Below the pieces are notes generated by a model. It searched no databases. It saw nothing but the letters and a program-made list of their open reading frames with translations, and was not told where the DNA came from. A DNA stretch of 64,000 bases from Camelus ferus. Lineage: Eukaryota. The position numbers and the translations under genes were made by a program. The DNA lies in contig NC_045696.1 in NCBI RefSeq assembly GCF_009834535.1, positions 94,862,001 to 94,926,000 on the forward strand. The letters are read 5' to 3'. This document shows positions 52,120 to 64,000 of the stretch, one piece after another; position 1 is the stretch's first letter, and each line of letters opens with the position of its first letter.

Positions 52120-53300
52120 TCTCTCCTCCCCGACTTAAGCGGCGGCTCCAAGGGGCAAGCGGCGGCGAGAGGGCGGCGGCGGCGAAGGGCGCAGCGAGCA
52201 TCGGAAAGGCGGGCGAGCGGACTGAAGCGGGAGCCGAGGATCCCTGCGGGAGGGGGCGCGCGGGGACTCGCCCACGCCGTCTCCGGCCCCGCGTTCGCCG
52301 CGGGCCATGAAAGCCACCCCCGGCCGCGACCGAACCGGGCTGGCCGGATAACCAGCAACTTCCCGGTCCGGCTGGCAGCGCCGAGGTTACACAACAGGGC
52401 GCTCAGGACACCGGCGCCGACAACTTTCCGACTGCGCTTTCCCGAGGGGCCGCGGGTTCGCGCTGGAGAGCGCGCCAGGGGCTCAGCCAGGTCGAGCTAA
52501 ACTCGCTGCGCTGCGCTCAGGCGTGGGGAGGGCGCGCCCCAGCCTCCTTCCCCCAAGATCAACTTCGTTTGGGCATCTTCCTTCTCCCTACCGTGCAAGA
52601 CAGCAGGTCGGCTCTGGGGCCCGCGCCGCTGCCTCCACCCACCCTGCGCTCAGCCTCTGGGGGCCATCGGAGCGCGCATGGCCGCAGACTCGTGCGCTTC
52701 TGGGTCGCGTCCGGTTCGCCGTCTGTGTGAGCTCGCAGGCCCTTCTAGAGCTCTGCTCAGTCCTGAGTGCAGGCTGCGGGAGGGCGAGCCGGGCTCCCCG
52801 CGAGGGTGGGCGGAGTTTGGACACCCGGGCAAGTCCGCCCTCCGCGGGGAGGCGAGGGGCGTGCCTCCGCCAAGACCGCCGGGCTGCCAGCCCACGCTCC
52901 CCAGGGTGTTCACCTCCAGCCGGAGGCGTCTTCTGGGGAGCCGATCTTCACCGTGGCCCGGCGCGATCCGCTTTTGCCCCGCTGCCGCTACCGGAGTCCG
53001 CGGCAAGGGCGAGGGGCACGCTTGTTCGCGATCATGTTTGGCTGCTGGGGAGCGATTGGCCCGCGAGCGTTCCTTCGCTCTTCCGCCAGCTGTCTCGACA
53101 AAGTGAAGTTGCTGACACGCAGGAAACCCCTCTCACCGTTCAGAGTCTTCTGCCTACTACCCTGGAGCTGATCAGAATGAGACTGAAGTCACTAGGGCCC
53201 TCGAGGACCGCGCCAGGTGTTCGCAGGTTCCAAGGAGCCAGCAGTCCCCAGCTGGGAACGCCCTGCGGCTCTGTGCGCCGCGCTTCACCGGGACTGCATT
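51500..53300. promoter_or_regulatory. P2RY1: CpG island covering the P2RY1 promoter, 5' UTR and 5' half of the CDS
   Basis: Sharp switch to very GC- and CpG-rich sequence with GC-box-like GGGCGG/CCGCCC (e.g. near 52808 and 52835), against a CpG-depleted AT-rich background. The TSS cannot be determined from sequence. Confidence 0.9.
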
Positions 53301-55254
53301 CCTGGCAGTTGGCAGGAACCTGCTACTCCCAGGAAGCTTTCAAAGGAGAGAGGGTGGGGAGGGAGATCGGGAGAGCCTTTCTGCCCTTCTAGGTTGCTTT
53401 TTCCTTTTTATTTCAGTATTGTTTTTTCTTAATCAAATGCTAATAAACCGACATCATTGATGACATCAACGTGAGAATTTCTGAATGGACTTTTTAGAAA
53501 TATTGTTAGGCGATACTTCACATTGCGTCAGCACAATTTAACTTGTTATCTACCATCTACCTACAGTGCAGGGTCTCCAAATCTTCCTGTCTGGTACATT
53601 AACTAAAGATAAGAGGCTAAAAAAAAAAAAAAAAAAAGATCAGAGGCTGCAGTAAAATAATAATAATAACAACAACAACAACAAAACAACATATTGTTCG
53701 GGAAATAACTTGAATATTAAATATAACTTATATAGAAAGATGTAAAGGCAATTTCAGCTCCAAAGTGATTAAGGTATAGTTTGGGAAGTTTATTACCAAT
53801 CCTATTTCTTTAAGTTAAAGAGATTAGTCACAATGATCTCTGATAAGTACCCTAACAATATTGGTTGGGACTTCCTTTAATACTACGTTTATTGAAAAAT
53901 TCATTTCAAAATTGTAGCTGAGTAAGTTTGGTTGGGAACTAAATGAATTATTAGTTGTTGAGGGACATGTTTAAATGGGCCCACACAGGGATGGAATCGA
54001 GCGATTTTTGACAGTTTACTGATTAACAATATGTTTTATGTGAAATAGTCACAAAGACTTTTCTCTTTGAAGGAAAAAATCCAAAAAGAAAATATCTGTA
54101 GAATATATGCTATAAAGAGGCTTTCTAGTCTCGGATGTTACATGATACTCTTCTCTTAAAAAATACTCAAAACCACCAGCTCCTGGCCTTGATCCCACAA
54201 AGAAAAAATTCCCCACAAGACCCAGACAGTCCTTTCGAGAGACAGATGGAGAAAGGACCAAATCCAAACACATGGCATGGTGAGCTCACTAGTATTTTGA
54301 GTTGTAGTCAGTTGAACAGCATGAAAAGCAGTGATAAAAATGGAGTACATAACTCAAGGGCATCAGTATTATTGTTTTGATACAGTCTAAATTGAGATGA
54401 ATGCTACAGGCCTCAGTTTTCTCATCTATAAAATAAGGGAGTTGAATTTGATTTTTTCTTTCATATATGATTCTGTAATTCTGAGCCTTAACATGAAACA
54501 TTAACATATTGTTTGATTAGAATGGTATTGACTAGGATGATTGTCTATTAAGAGAGAGAGGGAAGCAGAGAAAAACATTGAGTTCTGTTGGTACTCAGTA
54601 GGTCCTAACTCCTCACTCCTTTGCATTTTTCATTTGCAACATAAGCAATATGTAACCTCATTCAGAAGTCTTTTGCAAATGTATTAACTCATAATGTGAG
54701 TGTTTTGAAATGTATGCTTGGTCCAGATGCCATTAAGTACTTTCAGAAAACTTGACACTCTAGAAGGAATTTGGAGGAGGTTGTTGTCCTAAGTGCACCA
54801 CAGACCTTTTAAAATAATATTGAAAAGGTAAATTTTATAAACACTGCTTTTACATTCCACATATTTAATTGCAGATTTATAATATGTTTAAATTATATTT
54901 TAAATCAAAGTTGTGCCTTTTGGGAATGACTTGTATGTATTCAGTTATTCTTTTGTTGACTTTGTTAACTTTCTATTTGTAATACATTGAACTAGATTTA
55001 ATAAAGGAAAAAATAAAACACCATCTAAAACCCAATAACATATCAGTATTTATTGATGCTTGAATACCAATTACAAATGCTTTAAAGGTATGAAAAGAAT
55101 ATGTTTCATATCTTTAAGTGACTTACCTCAAACATTTTGTATTAATTTATTTTTTATTTGATCAATGATGTAAATGCCTGATTTTAAAAGACTAACAATA
55201 TAATTGGAAATGCAAAGAATGTGCAAAGTTAACCATAATAATAACATATAACAG

Positions 55255-55470
55255 TAGCAATAATAATAAGCCTTTCCTGTATACTTAGCACTGTACTGAG
55301 TCCTTTAATCCTTAAAATATCCTATGATAGTTGACAATTGTATCCCTATTTTATAAGTGGTTAAACAAAGGCACAGAGAGTTTAAGTAATTCATCCATAG
55401 TCACACAGTAGAAATTGGGATTTAAACGTCAGCCATTTCTCCCTAAAGCTGTATATTTAACCACTATTAT
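55255..55470 (-). mobile_element. MIR SINE
   Basis: tatccctattttataagtg...aggcacagagagtttaagtaattcatccatagtcacacag...gggatttaaac. Confidence 0.75.
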
Positions 55471-58211
55471 ATGATGAAATACACAATAGTACAGGGCATT
55501 GATTGGAAAATTAACTGTTAGTGGCCACTACTAAAAAAGGTTGAGTATAGAAAGTGTTACTCCCAGAAACCTTCTATCAAGAAAATTTTAAACCAGATCT
55601 TGAAGGTACTGAGTCAAAGAGTATTTCAGAAGCTTCCCAAATGTTCTGCTCTACTTAGGCTTTTAAAAAATAACCAACAATTTATATATAATTTGAGAAG
55701 GACAGGCAATTCTGGGGAAGTCAGATCCGTTCAGTTTCAGACTCAGAAATAAAAAGGCTGTCCTTTTTGTGTTTACAAAGATTCTAATAAGCCATCTTGA
55801 GGAATGGACTACTTTCACCTTTCTTAAAGTCACAGAAAATCCAGCACTCATTGAGGGAGGAAAGATTATTGAAAAAATTCTAATTGAGGGCCACAACATA
55901 AAAAAAGAAAAAGAAAACTTCTGATAAACATAAAGTGTAAAATCTCCCAACTTTAAAGTTGAGACAAAGAAACGTGAAATTTGATTAAATAAACATAATA
56001 CTACAAATGCTAAACCTAAATCAGGTAGCAGTGGGAAAGAAGGGAAAGCCAATGGGTGGGCAACCGTTAGGATTCTGCGGGGAGAGAGGATGAGACCCTG
56101 ATTTGGAGATTAGGGAATCCTTTGAGAGATCCCTCTAAGTGTAACAACTAAGATGTGATAACTTCTGAGATGTACCTTAAGAAAGTGAGGAGACTCTTCT
56201 ATTCCCCAAGAAGAATAGAGGAGAAAGAAAGAGGAGAAAGAACCTAAGGAATTCACAGCTTATGACCCTGGGTAAAGTAGATGCAAGAGGGCTGAGGTGG
56301 AGCACACAGAAAGGATGAAAGATTGTCCTGGGCTGCGGAGGGCCCAGCTGCTCCTATAAATGATGCACTTGTCATGGATCCAATCAGGAGACTTACTGAA
56401 ATTTATTTCATTAGCAATCACAGCAGGGGTAGAGGACACAGAATAGGAGACAGCCTGAATGCTCCAAGGTTGGAATGAATGCGGAGGGAAGAGGAGAAGA
56501 AAGGACCAGGGAGGCAGAGGAAAGAGAGAGGGGAAGGGAGAGGGAGGAAGGAGAGGGAAAGCAGGAGGGGAAATTCCAGGTGTGTGGGGGAGAGAAGAGA
56601 AAGCAAAGTGCTTGCTCAGAACTGGGCAGAGAATTTAGGAAATCTCACTGAGCATTGCTGTTCAGTTATTTAGGTTTGAAGCTGGATGGCTGTGGGGGGA
56701 GGGGTCTGGGAGGTGGTGAGATGGCACAGGCTGTGTGGTCCTGTGGTCACAGAGCAGTGTTTCTATAGAGGATCTGCCCCTTGGCAGATGACATTGAGCT
56801 AGGTTTTCCATCTGTGCTCTTTCATTTACAAGGACCTGTAAAATCCCAGTCCGCCTAAATCTTCTTTCATCCTTCAGAAGATTTCTTGCTCCTAAAAGTT
56901 CAGAATCTTCTAGTGAACTGCTTCCTTGTATTACCCTTTTTAATATTTACTTTCCTTATCATCATCCACATGAAGCCTTCGTTCCTAGTCTTGGGCACTT
57001 CATAATATTTTTAAAAGAATTTTTGTTAAACCCAGAATCAAAGACACCAGTCCTAGCTTGTAGTCTTTCTCTAATTATTATTATCTGATAAATATTCCCT
57101 TTGCTCTCTTTGTATCTGACCTCTCTGGTTTCACAAAGACATGTTTCACAACATTTACTGATAACAGATTGGCAATGCTGTATTACATTCCAATTCTTCT
57201 CCAGTTTCTTTATACACTTAACTTTTTCAGAAGATAGGGAAATAAATGTTTGTAAAGCCTGGTTGTGCAAAAATACCTTTAGAACCAGTTACCTATATCC
57301 AAGATCTTACACCACAGTCATGGACCCATGGAGGGTTTCCATGGTAGCACAAAGGACAAGAATATGACATTATTTGAGTTTTATTTGTCATCACTATTGT
57401 AGCCACCATAAACAATTTGTTGACTTCTGGTACATCCATATTTTGAGTACCTAAGCTAAATTCCAAATAGGTAAAAGAAAATCATATGTAAAAATAAAGA
57501 AATACCTGTTTTCCTCACGTTAAGTCTCATCTTCCATCAGCCGACTCCTGGGATGTTGATCTCAGTTATGTCCTGAATGTTTCACATTTTTCAAGATTAA
57601 AGTTAATAGCAGTTATTGTCACTCACATTTCAGATTTTGGAATTTGGCTTTCTGAAAAGTCGGTAAGTTTTCACCAGTGGCACTCAAAGTGTGAGCCAAC
57701 TTTAAACATGAGCATTGTGTCCATTTTTATAACTTTGAGATTCTTGTAGAAAGGCTGGAAGGGTGGGCTAATCCCAGAGGGTTTTCTTACAACAAGCCCA
57801 CCTTTGGACACTCTGCTGGGAGGAGACCTGGGTGGCCAAAGAAAGCCCCCAAGAAGCCAACACACTAAAGTGAAATAGACCCACCCCTTGTTCTCTAAAA
57901 ACGATAAAAACAATAAAATGGAATAAAGTAAAATCCAATATAGAAACAGTTATTCAGAGTTGACAGAGAACCCAAATAGGTAATGTTTCAGATGGAGAAA
58001 TAATCAGTTACTCCTTAGCAGCTTTTTTCCATGACAGGGTTTAGCAGAACCTCAGAACCTTACATTAGTTACGATTTTCATCTTTCAACTTTAGTTCTAG
58101 ACACCTGATACTGCAGCTGAATATTTATCTTAGAGGCTGTGTTATACTTATAATAACTGCCTAAGTAAAACACTATCTTAGCTCACCAGCAACATCTACT
58201 TTGAGTGTTTT

Positions 58212-58365
58212 AGCACTGTTTCTCAAACTTGACTATGCATACAGATCGCTTGGGGACTCTTGCTAAAATACAGTTGTAGATATGGGATGGAGCCCAAGAC
58301 TTTGCATTTGTAACAAGTTTCCTTTATCCAGGCTCCTCATCCAACCACTACACTCTGAGTAGCAA
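58212..58365. mobile_element. MER5A-like element
   Basis: tttctcaaacttgact...tgctaaaataca...gggatggagcccaagactttgcattt.taacaagtt...cacact/ctctgagtagca. Confidence 0.75.
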
Positions 58366-58511
58366 AATTTTATATGCTTCTGCTTGACATCGCTTTGCTA
58401 TGCCAATTTGAAGACACTGTAGCTGCTCCTGTCCCATGACTAAAATACATTAAGGGTTTGGCAATCTTGAACTGTGGTATACATGTGCTGTGTACTGTTT
58501 GGAATGCTTTT

Positions 58512-58538
58512 TTGTTGTTGTTGTTGTTGTTGTTGTTG
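58512..58538. repeat. (TTG)9 microsatellite
   Basis: Direct reading; flanked by a 15-bp direct repeat. Confidence 0.9.
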
Positions 58539-58577
58539 ATTGAAAATTATTATGGAATGCTTTTTTGGTGTATTAGC

Positions 58578-58810
58578 TCATAGCACGTGGTTTTGAAGAA
58601 GACAGAACTGGGTTCAAAGATCAGTTAGGCCCACTTGACACCTGTGTAACTAGACACACTGCCAAACCCGTCTCATGTCAATGTTCTTATCAAATATCTC
58701 ATGTATCAAAGATAGCTGTGAGAATCTGATCATGTATGTAACGTATTTAGGATTGTACCTCGGACACAGTAAGTGCATAATAAATGGTAGCTATTATTAT
58801 CATCATTATT
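58578..58810 (+). mobile_element. MIR SINE
   Basis: gacagaactgggttcaaa...ctgtgtaact...gctgtgagaat...acacagtaagtgc.taataaatggtagctattatt. Confidence 0.78.
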
Positions 58811-58845
58811 ATTTATAATACTCTCATTATTTTTACCTTAATGAG

Positions 58846-59250
58846 TGTATCTTGATAATGGGGCATTTGAATGTAAGAAATCAAATCCATAAATACCAGG
58901 TTGGGCAAATAAAGTGACTTTATTGGAAAGGTACAGGAGTTTGGGCTTTATAAGGAAGAGATTATAGGAACTTAAAAGTCAGGGGTTTTGCCTAATCTCT
59001 GTACTTCTCCAAAGACATAGAGTTTCTGTCCTCTGCCTTTCTCTGGTCAACCACTTGCTTTTCTTTCCCTCCCTCCTTTCCCTCCCTCTCTTTTTCCTCC
59101 TCTTCCTTTCTCTCTCTCTCTGCTAATCAGTTTTCTCTTCCCACATGGATATGACTCAATGAAGCAACTCCAAGTGTGAGCATGATTTCCAATAACAACT
59201 TCCTGGGGAAAGATGTGGACCTATGTGGTCAAGTTCACTTTGGCCTGGAG
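58846..59250 (-). mobile_element. Old MaLR-like LTR remnant
   Basis: gtaagaaa.caaa.cca...tttattggaaagg.acaggag...aacttcctggggaaaga. Confidence 0.4.
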
Positions 59251-62249
59251 GTGAAGAGGGTGAGCCAAGTGATCAGAGCTTTCCTCCAGGGCTGAGTGAC
59301 AGACCCCAAGAATAAACCAGAGAAGGCTAGGCTACTTCTCTTAGGAGGGAATATGGGGGCAGGGAGTGAAATTGTTATCACCTCTGGTGTAGAAGGCAGT
59401 ACAGCCATGGATGTGATTGGTGGGTGGTGGGGGGAGAAGAGGAGAACAAGGGTTTCAGTTATGTAATTGTGACAGGCAGACTCTAAAGTATCGAGGCCGG
59501 AGGATTGTGCCTGGGACCTTTCAGAGGCTGGTGGAGAAAACAGTGCTCCAAGATGGGTGAGGGCAGGCCCTGAGGACCTCTGCTTTGTCAAGGAAGTTGG
59601 TGAGAACTAGCTACTGATGAGAGCACCCAAGTGGAGATCTGCAGAACAGATGGAAAAACTGAGCGGAATGAATGAACTAAGGAGGCAGAAGGCAGAAAAA
59701 TCCTGTTGTCTTTTCTATTTTGTCTTCTCTGAGGGCATTTGGGGAAAGGACGAAATGAAGAAAGAAAAAAATCTTTGCATTCCTGCTAGGAAAATGGAAG
59801 TCTTCCTTCAATCAAAGATAAATTATGAGGTTCTGCTTCCATCGTGGAAACCAGCCCAAGGCATGGTCATTGCTCCTGGGACCCTAATTATTAATTCAGT
59901 TGAGAGGAACCCAGGGGACATATTTACAGTCATTTGAGTCTCTGGAAATCAGGAGTTTGACGTGAGCCTCAGAGCAGCAGAGAAATCGAATTTGGTGGAG
60001 AGGATGAATGCCTCAGGAGAAAGTGAAAAGTAAGCCTGGAAAAACTGTGGTGTGTGACGTTAATCCATCATGGTTAACAGCTCTGCTCCTTCTCAGGCAT
60101 GAAATTTTGGCTGTAGGATATGTTATAATTTACTTTGGTAAGATACCATGAGAGGTTAGATTAGATATCATCTCTGTGAAAGTGGAAGACTGGTCAGGGT
60201 TTGGGTTGGAAGCGTATGTGTGAAGGGCAGCTGTGGCAAGGGGGTCTGAGCCTGACAACCAATCCAGTACTTCTCATTTAGAGATAGGCAAAGATCACCA
60301 CCAGCATGGGGATCCTCAGGGACAGGCCAGAGATAGACTTCACAAAGTCATGAATTTAGTGCTCAGTGAGTAAGGAAAAATGGTTTAGGAATGGAGGATA
60401 AGGGCCTTCATTAGTGGAAAAAAAAAAAAAAAAAGAGGGGGAAGGAAAAATTTCTATATAGTTGTACCAGGGATGAAGGTCATCTTTATAGTATTTACTC
60501 AAGAGCATAGTGTATGTTACAGTATAACGCAGTGTTATATGCTATATTATAATCAGCAGAAGGGGAAATGAAAGAACTGAACTGTGAACATCTGCTCAGC
60601 ATAAATGCAGGAAAAAGATGCAGGGATCTACCATAAGGAAAGGTCATGGGATGGGCATTTCAAGAGCAGAAGGGGAAATATAGCAGTCGCTACTCTGGCC
60701 ACGATGGAAAAGGCAAAGGGAAACAGACCTGGTGGGTACGATGAACAAGAGCGAGGTCTGTAAATCAGCTGGAATATGAGGAAAGGAGACAAACTCTCCT
60801 CTGAAAAGTTCACTTCGGTTAGAAGTTCTTAGAGGAACTTCCTCATATGAGGAAGGGAAGGGAACCCACTGCTTCTTTCTCGTGGAGGGAAACACTGAAG
60901 GAAATGAATACAACATCTCAAAGATGTAAATATACAATGTTAAACATAATAAGTATAAAAAAGGTTATATGGGGAAATTGGAAAATGAGGAATCGGGTCT
61001 ATGGTGATATGTGAGGAGATACAGGAAGAAATAAGGTATAAATCTTCAGGCAATGAGGAGAGGCAAAAAAGAAGGAGGAGGGGGAGGGGGAGCAAGGAGT
61101 CAGTGGTAAAAGTTGGTCATCAAAGAAACCTTTAACATTTTATAAACTTCCTACCAGTCTAGATAATGCAGAACTTAAAGTTATGATCTATAGTGAGAAA
61201 AATGTTAAGCCTCAGAAGATTGATTATATAATACTCTGAAATGAAAAGCACATGTGTGTGTGTACACATAAACACACACATAAATGTGTGTGAGAATGTG
61301 TGTATTATAAAGAGGAGCAGGACTGAAAATGAAGGAAGGAGGACTTGTGCCTCTTCAGACAGGGAAGTTAAAGAAAGACTGTTGATTATCAGGTGGATAA
61401 TTTAAAATGTGATTGAAAAAATATATGGCTAATGCCAAGGTGTCAGCACTGAAGAAAGAAAGAATTTAATAGTAATCAGACTTCAACATTCAAGAAGCGA
61501 AGACGTGATGGCATTTTTAGAGACGAAACTTTCTAGGTTAATGCCCTCAGCCGAATTCCTCCAGCAGACTGCCTGAGCTGACTCGTCTCCTTTATGGCTG
61601 GCTTATTGGAACAGCAAATATGATGAAATAAAATGACTCACCTATATTTCTAACGAAAATTACTCAACTAATTACTCAAGAACAGGATTATTGTGAGAAG
61701 AAAATGGACTGCAGGTAAGTCACATATAAATATATATACATGCACTCACACACAGAAAAACAGATGGAAAATTCTATACCCTGGCACAAACAATATTAAT
61801 GTCTACTCATCCAGAGATTTTTCCTTTTAAATATATTCATGTGAATATGTATTTATACTTAGTTTTAAACCAGGGTCCTTCATGGTTGTGTCCTGCCTTC
61901 CTGCCAGGATATATGTATATGTGTATATCCATATCTTACCATTTCTTTCTTTTTTCTTAATGGTGACAGGATACTACCTGTTGAAAGGATAAAGAAAAAA
62001 AATTAGATAAATAGTTTTCTGATGCTACTAAGCAGGAAAGACTGACAGAATAACGGAGGGCTTGATACATAAAATACAGGGATGTCCCATAAAGGGGCAA
62101 AGGGAGCCTGGTTTCCTTTAGAGAAATCATGATTCATCAATTAAGTTTAGATCAAGACTTTGAATTGAGTAAACCATAATTTTCTTTCCAATAACGAAGA
62201 TAAAACTCTTACCCTTTAAGTTACTGCAAAAACTTTATAACCCAACATT

Positions 62250-63150
62250 CCCTGGTCAGAAGTTTTCAGATAAAAAAGAATCAGCATGGCAGATGGCATG
62301 GATATATAGCATTTTAAGGTAGTTCTAAAAGAAATGTAAATGAAATGAAAAAATATCAAACATAAATGCATTTAAGGTACAAAAATGAAACAGATATTTA
62401 CTCTGAATTTATTAAAAGGACAAAGATGAAATGATAAAGACAATAAAAACACAAGGAAGAAGTACCTAAAATTAACTAATAACCTATACAAGGAGTTGTT
62501 GTAAGAGCCACTAAGTCAAAAAGAAGAGCAAAAAAAAAAAAAAAAAAAAAAAAGCATTTACATGGAAAATATAAGGAAGATCCAAAGATAAATGAGAAAT
62601 TGGAAACAGGACAGTGAACATAATGAGACATTATAAATAGTTATTTTGGAAAATCGAGTGAGCTAAGCCAAGTGATTCAGGGTGGAGTGGTTATTCACAG
62701 CCATCGCTAAGATAGTTATAAAAATAATACCAGATATTTAATGAGCACTTACTGTGTTAAGTCTACAGCACTTGACACTTTTTTTCTAATTTAATCTTTG
62801 GGAATAATAAAAAGATAGTGCTCTGCTGAAGAATCAGGTTTTACATAAATGGGAAAGAAAGAGAGGAACAGGAAAGTCAAGGGACAATAAAGGCATCGAG
62901 ACACAGGAAAAGACCCTAAACTTAAAAAGGAATATAAGGTGAATTAAATACAAGGAAATGTCAAAGTAAATCAATATCTACAAAATATAAGCTTCTGAAT
63001 TTGATACTGAATGTGTAAAACAAAATCGATTAAGAAGTTACAGGATATAAAACCAGGGCAAAACAGAGCTGCCATGCAGAACATTTTTTAAAAACCCCAA
63101 AACTCCTAATTAAAACCAATATTGGAAAACCTGGCAGTTCTCCAAAAGAA
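62250..63150 (+). mobile_element. Highly degraded A-rich L1/HAL1-like remnant with a MIR fragment (~62720-62800)
   Basis: Strong A-skew typical of the L1 sense strand; atttaatgagcacttactgtgt is a MIR motif. Confidence 0.35.
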
Positions 63151-64000
63151 GCACATAAGGATAAAGTACCTCCTAATAAGGGAATGCACTATAGGAAAAG
63201 ATTTGGGAGCCAGATGGCTGGGGTTATTAACTGGAGGAATGGCAGCAAGGAGCTGGGAGAAGCAGGCAAGTTAAATATAAATTCGTTGGGTATTATTGGA
63301 AGGAAAAGAAAGGATCCAAAAATCCTAATCATGGGGATAAACTTCTGGGAGAGCAAAAATGCAGGAGCCTATAAATGAGTGAAAGGAACAGGAGGACGTG
63401 CCAAATGGGCAAAACCACATTATAGAAAAGATGGGTAAACCACATCATAGCAAAAAGGAGGAGGAAAGAGTGGAAGGGTAAAGAAAATACAAGAAATTGC
63501 TTTTCAAAGCCATGCAGATTGTTGGTTGGAGAAGAGTAATAACTGCATACATAAGGAGTGCTTTTACATGGCATCAGTAACAGTGAATATATAAAGAGAA
63601 AATATTACATACAGAAAATAAACATCAGAGCACAAATACTGTTTCATTTGCTGAATTCCGGAGTATGAGGAAGTGGAATCAGTTAGGTTTGAGGTACTGA
63701 AGATGCAAGGGTCATTCCAGTGGCTTCCCCATAATGGTGTCCAATTAAGAACACTAGGAGACCCGGAAATTGGTTCTCTCTGGTCTATTCCCCTTGGGGC
63801 GTGAAGACACCTAAGATAGAATGACTGCCTTCTCTTCTAGCTAGTGTAAGCAACTCAATGCTTTAAATGTGATGTTCTTTCTCAATAATGGAATCTCTGT
63901 ATTATTTACTTTTATGCTTTACAACAGTTAGAGACATTGGGGCTTCATACTTAGTGTAAATCCTGTGAAAATTATTGAAGTTTCCCTTTTATCCTCAGGG

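Noticed and set aside
51721..52500. 259-aa + strand ORF antisense to P2RY1
   Set aside because: Shadow ORF of GC-rich coding and CpG-island sequence, with no recognisable protein features.
52523..53392. 289-aa + strand ORF and other overlapping ORFs in the CpG island
   Set aside because: GTG start and Arg/Pro/Ala/Gly low-complexity composition; stop codons are scarce at this GC content.
56330..56365. TATAAA with a GC-rich upstream patch on the + strand
   Set aside because: Isolated motif with no CpG island, exon or ORF support.
1..64000. CRISPR arrays, operons, rRNA, intact retroviral ORFs or processed pseudogenes
   Set aside because: None seen. The sequence is mammalian, the LTRs are solo, and no other ORF resembles a protein I recognise.

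Overview
Mammalian genomic DNA, most likely from a camelid. The taxon call is an inference from a tRNA-Ala-derived vic-1-type SINE and artiodactyl/camelid-type L1 3' ends, recognised from memory. The only protein-coding gene I can support is the purinergic GPCR P2RY1, an intronless CDS on the minus strand (50995-52119, 374 aa), with its CpG island (~51500-53300) and a long AT-rich candidate 3' UTR with several AATAAA signals. The rest is gene-poor flank filled with old repeats (L2, MIR, MER3/MER5/Tigger2/MER63, MLT1, LTR16/33/41, L1M/HAL1) and a few younger insertions. All repeat family names are by-eye recognition with approximate boundaries and need RepeatMasker/Dfam confirmation. I found no evidence for a wholly new biological system. 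The most interesting signals are: (i) an AUG-initiated 141-codon out-of-frame ORF overlapping the P2RY1 start, plus a 57-codon uORF and a possible 5' UTR intron; (ii) a SINE carrying extra unique sequence inside its target-site duplication; (iii) a diverged ~150-bp duplication straddling the candidate distal poly(A) site; (iv) receptor changes beside both cysteines of the N-terminus/ECL3 disulfide; (v) several minimal TPRT scars and a MER41-like LTR with a GAS-like motif.
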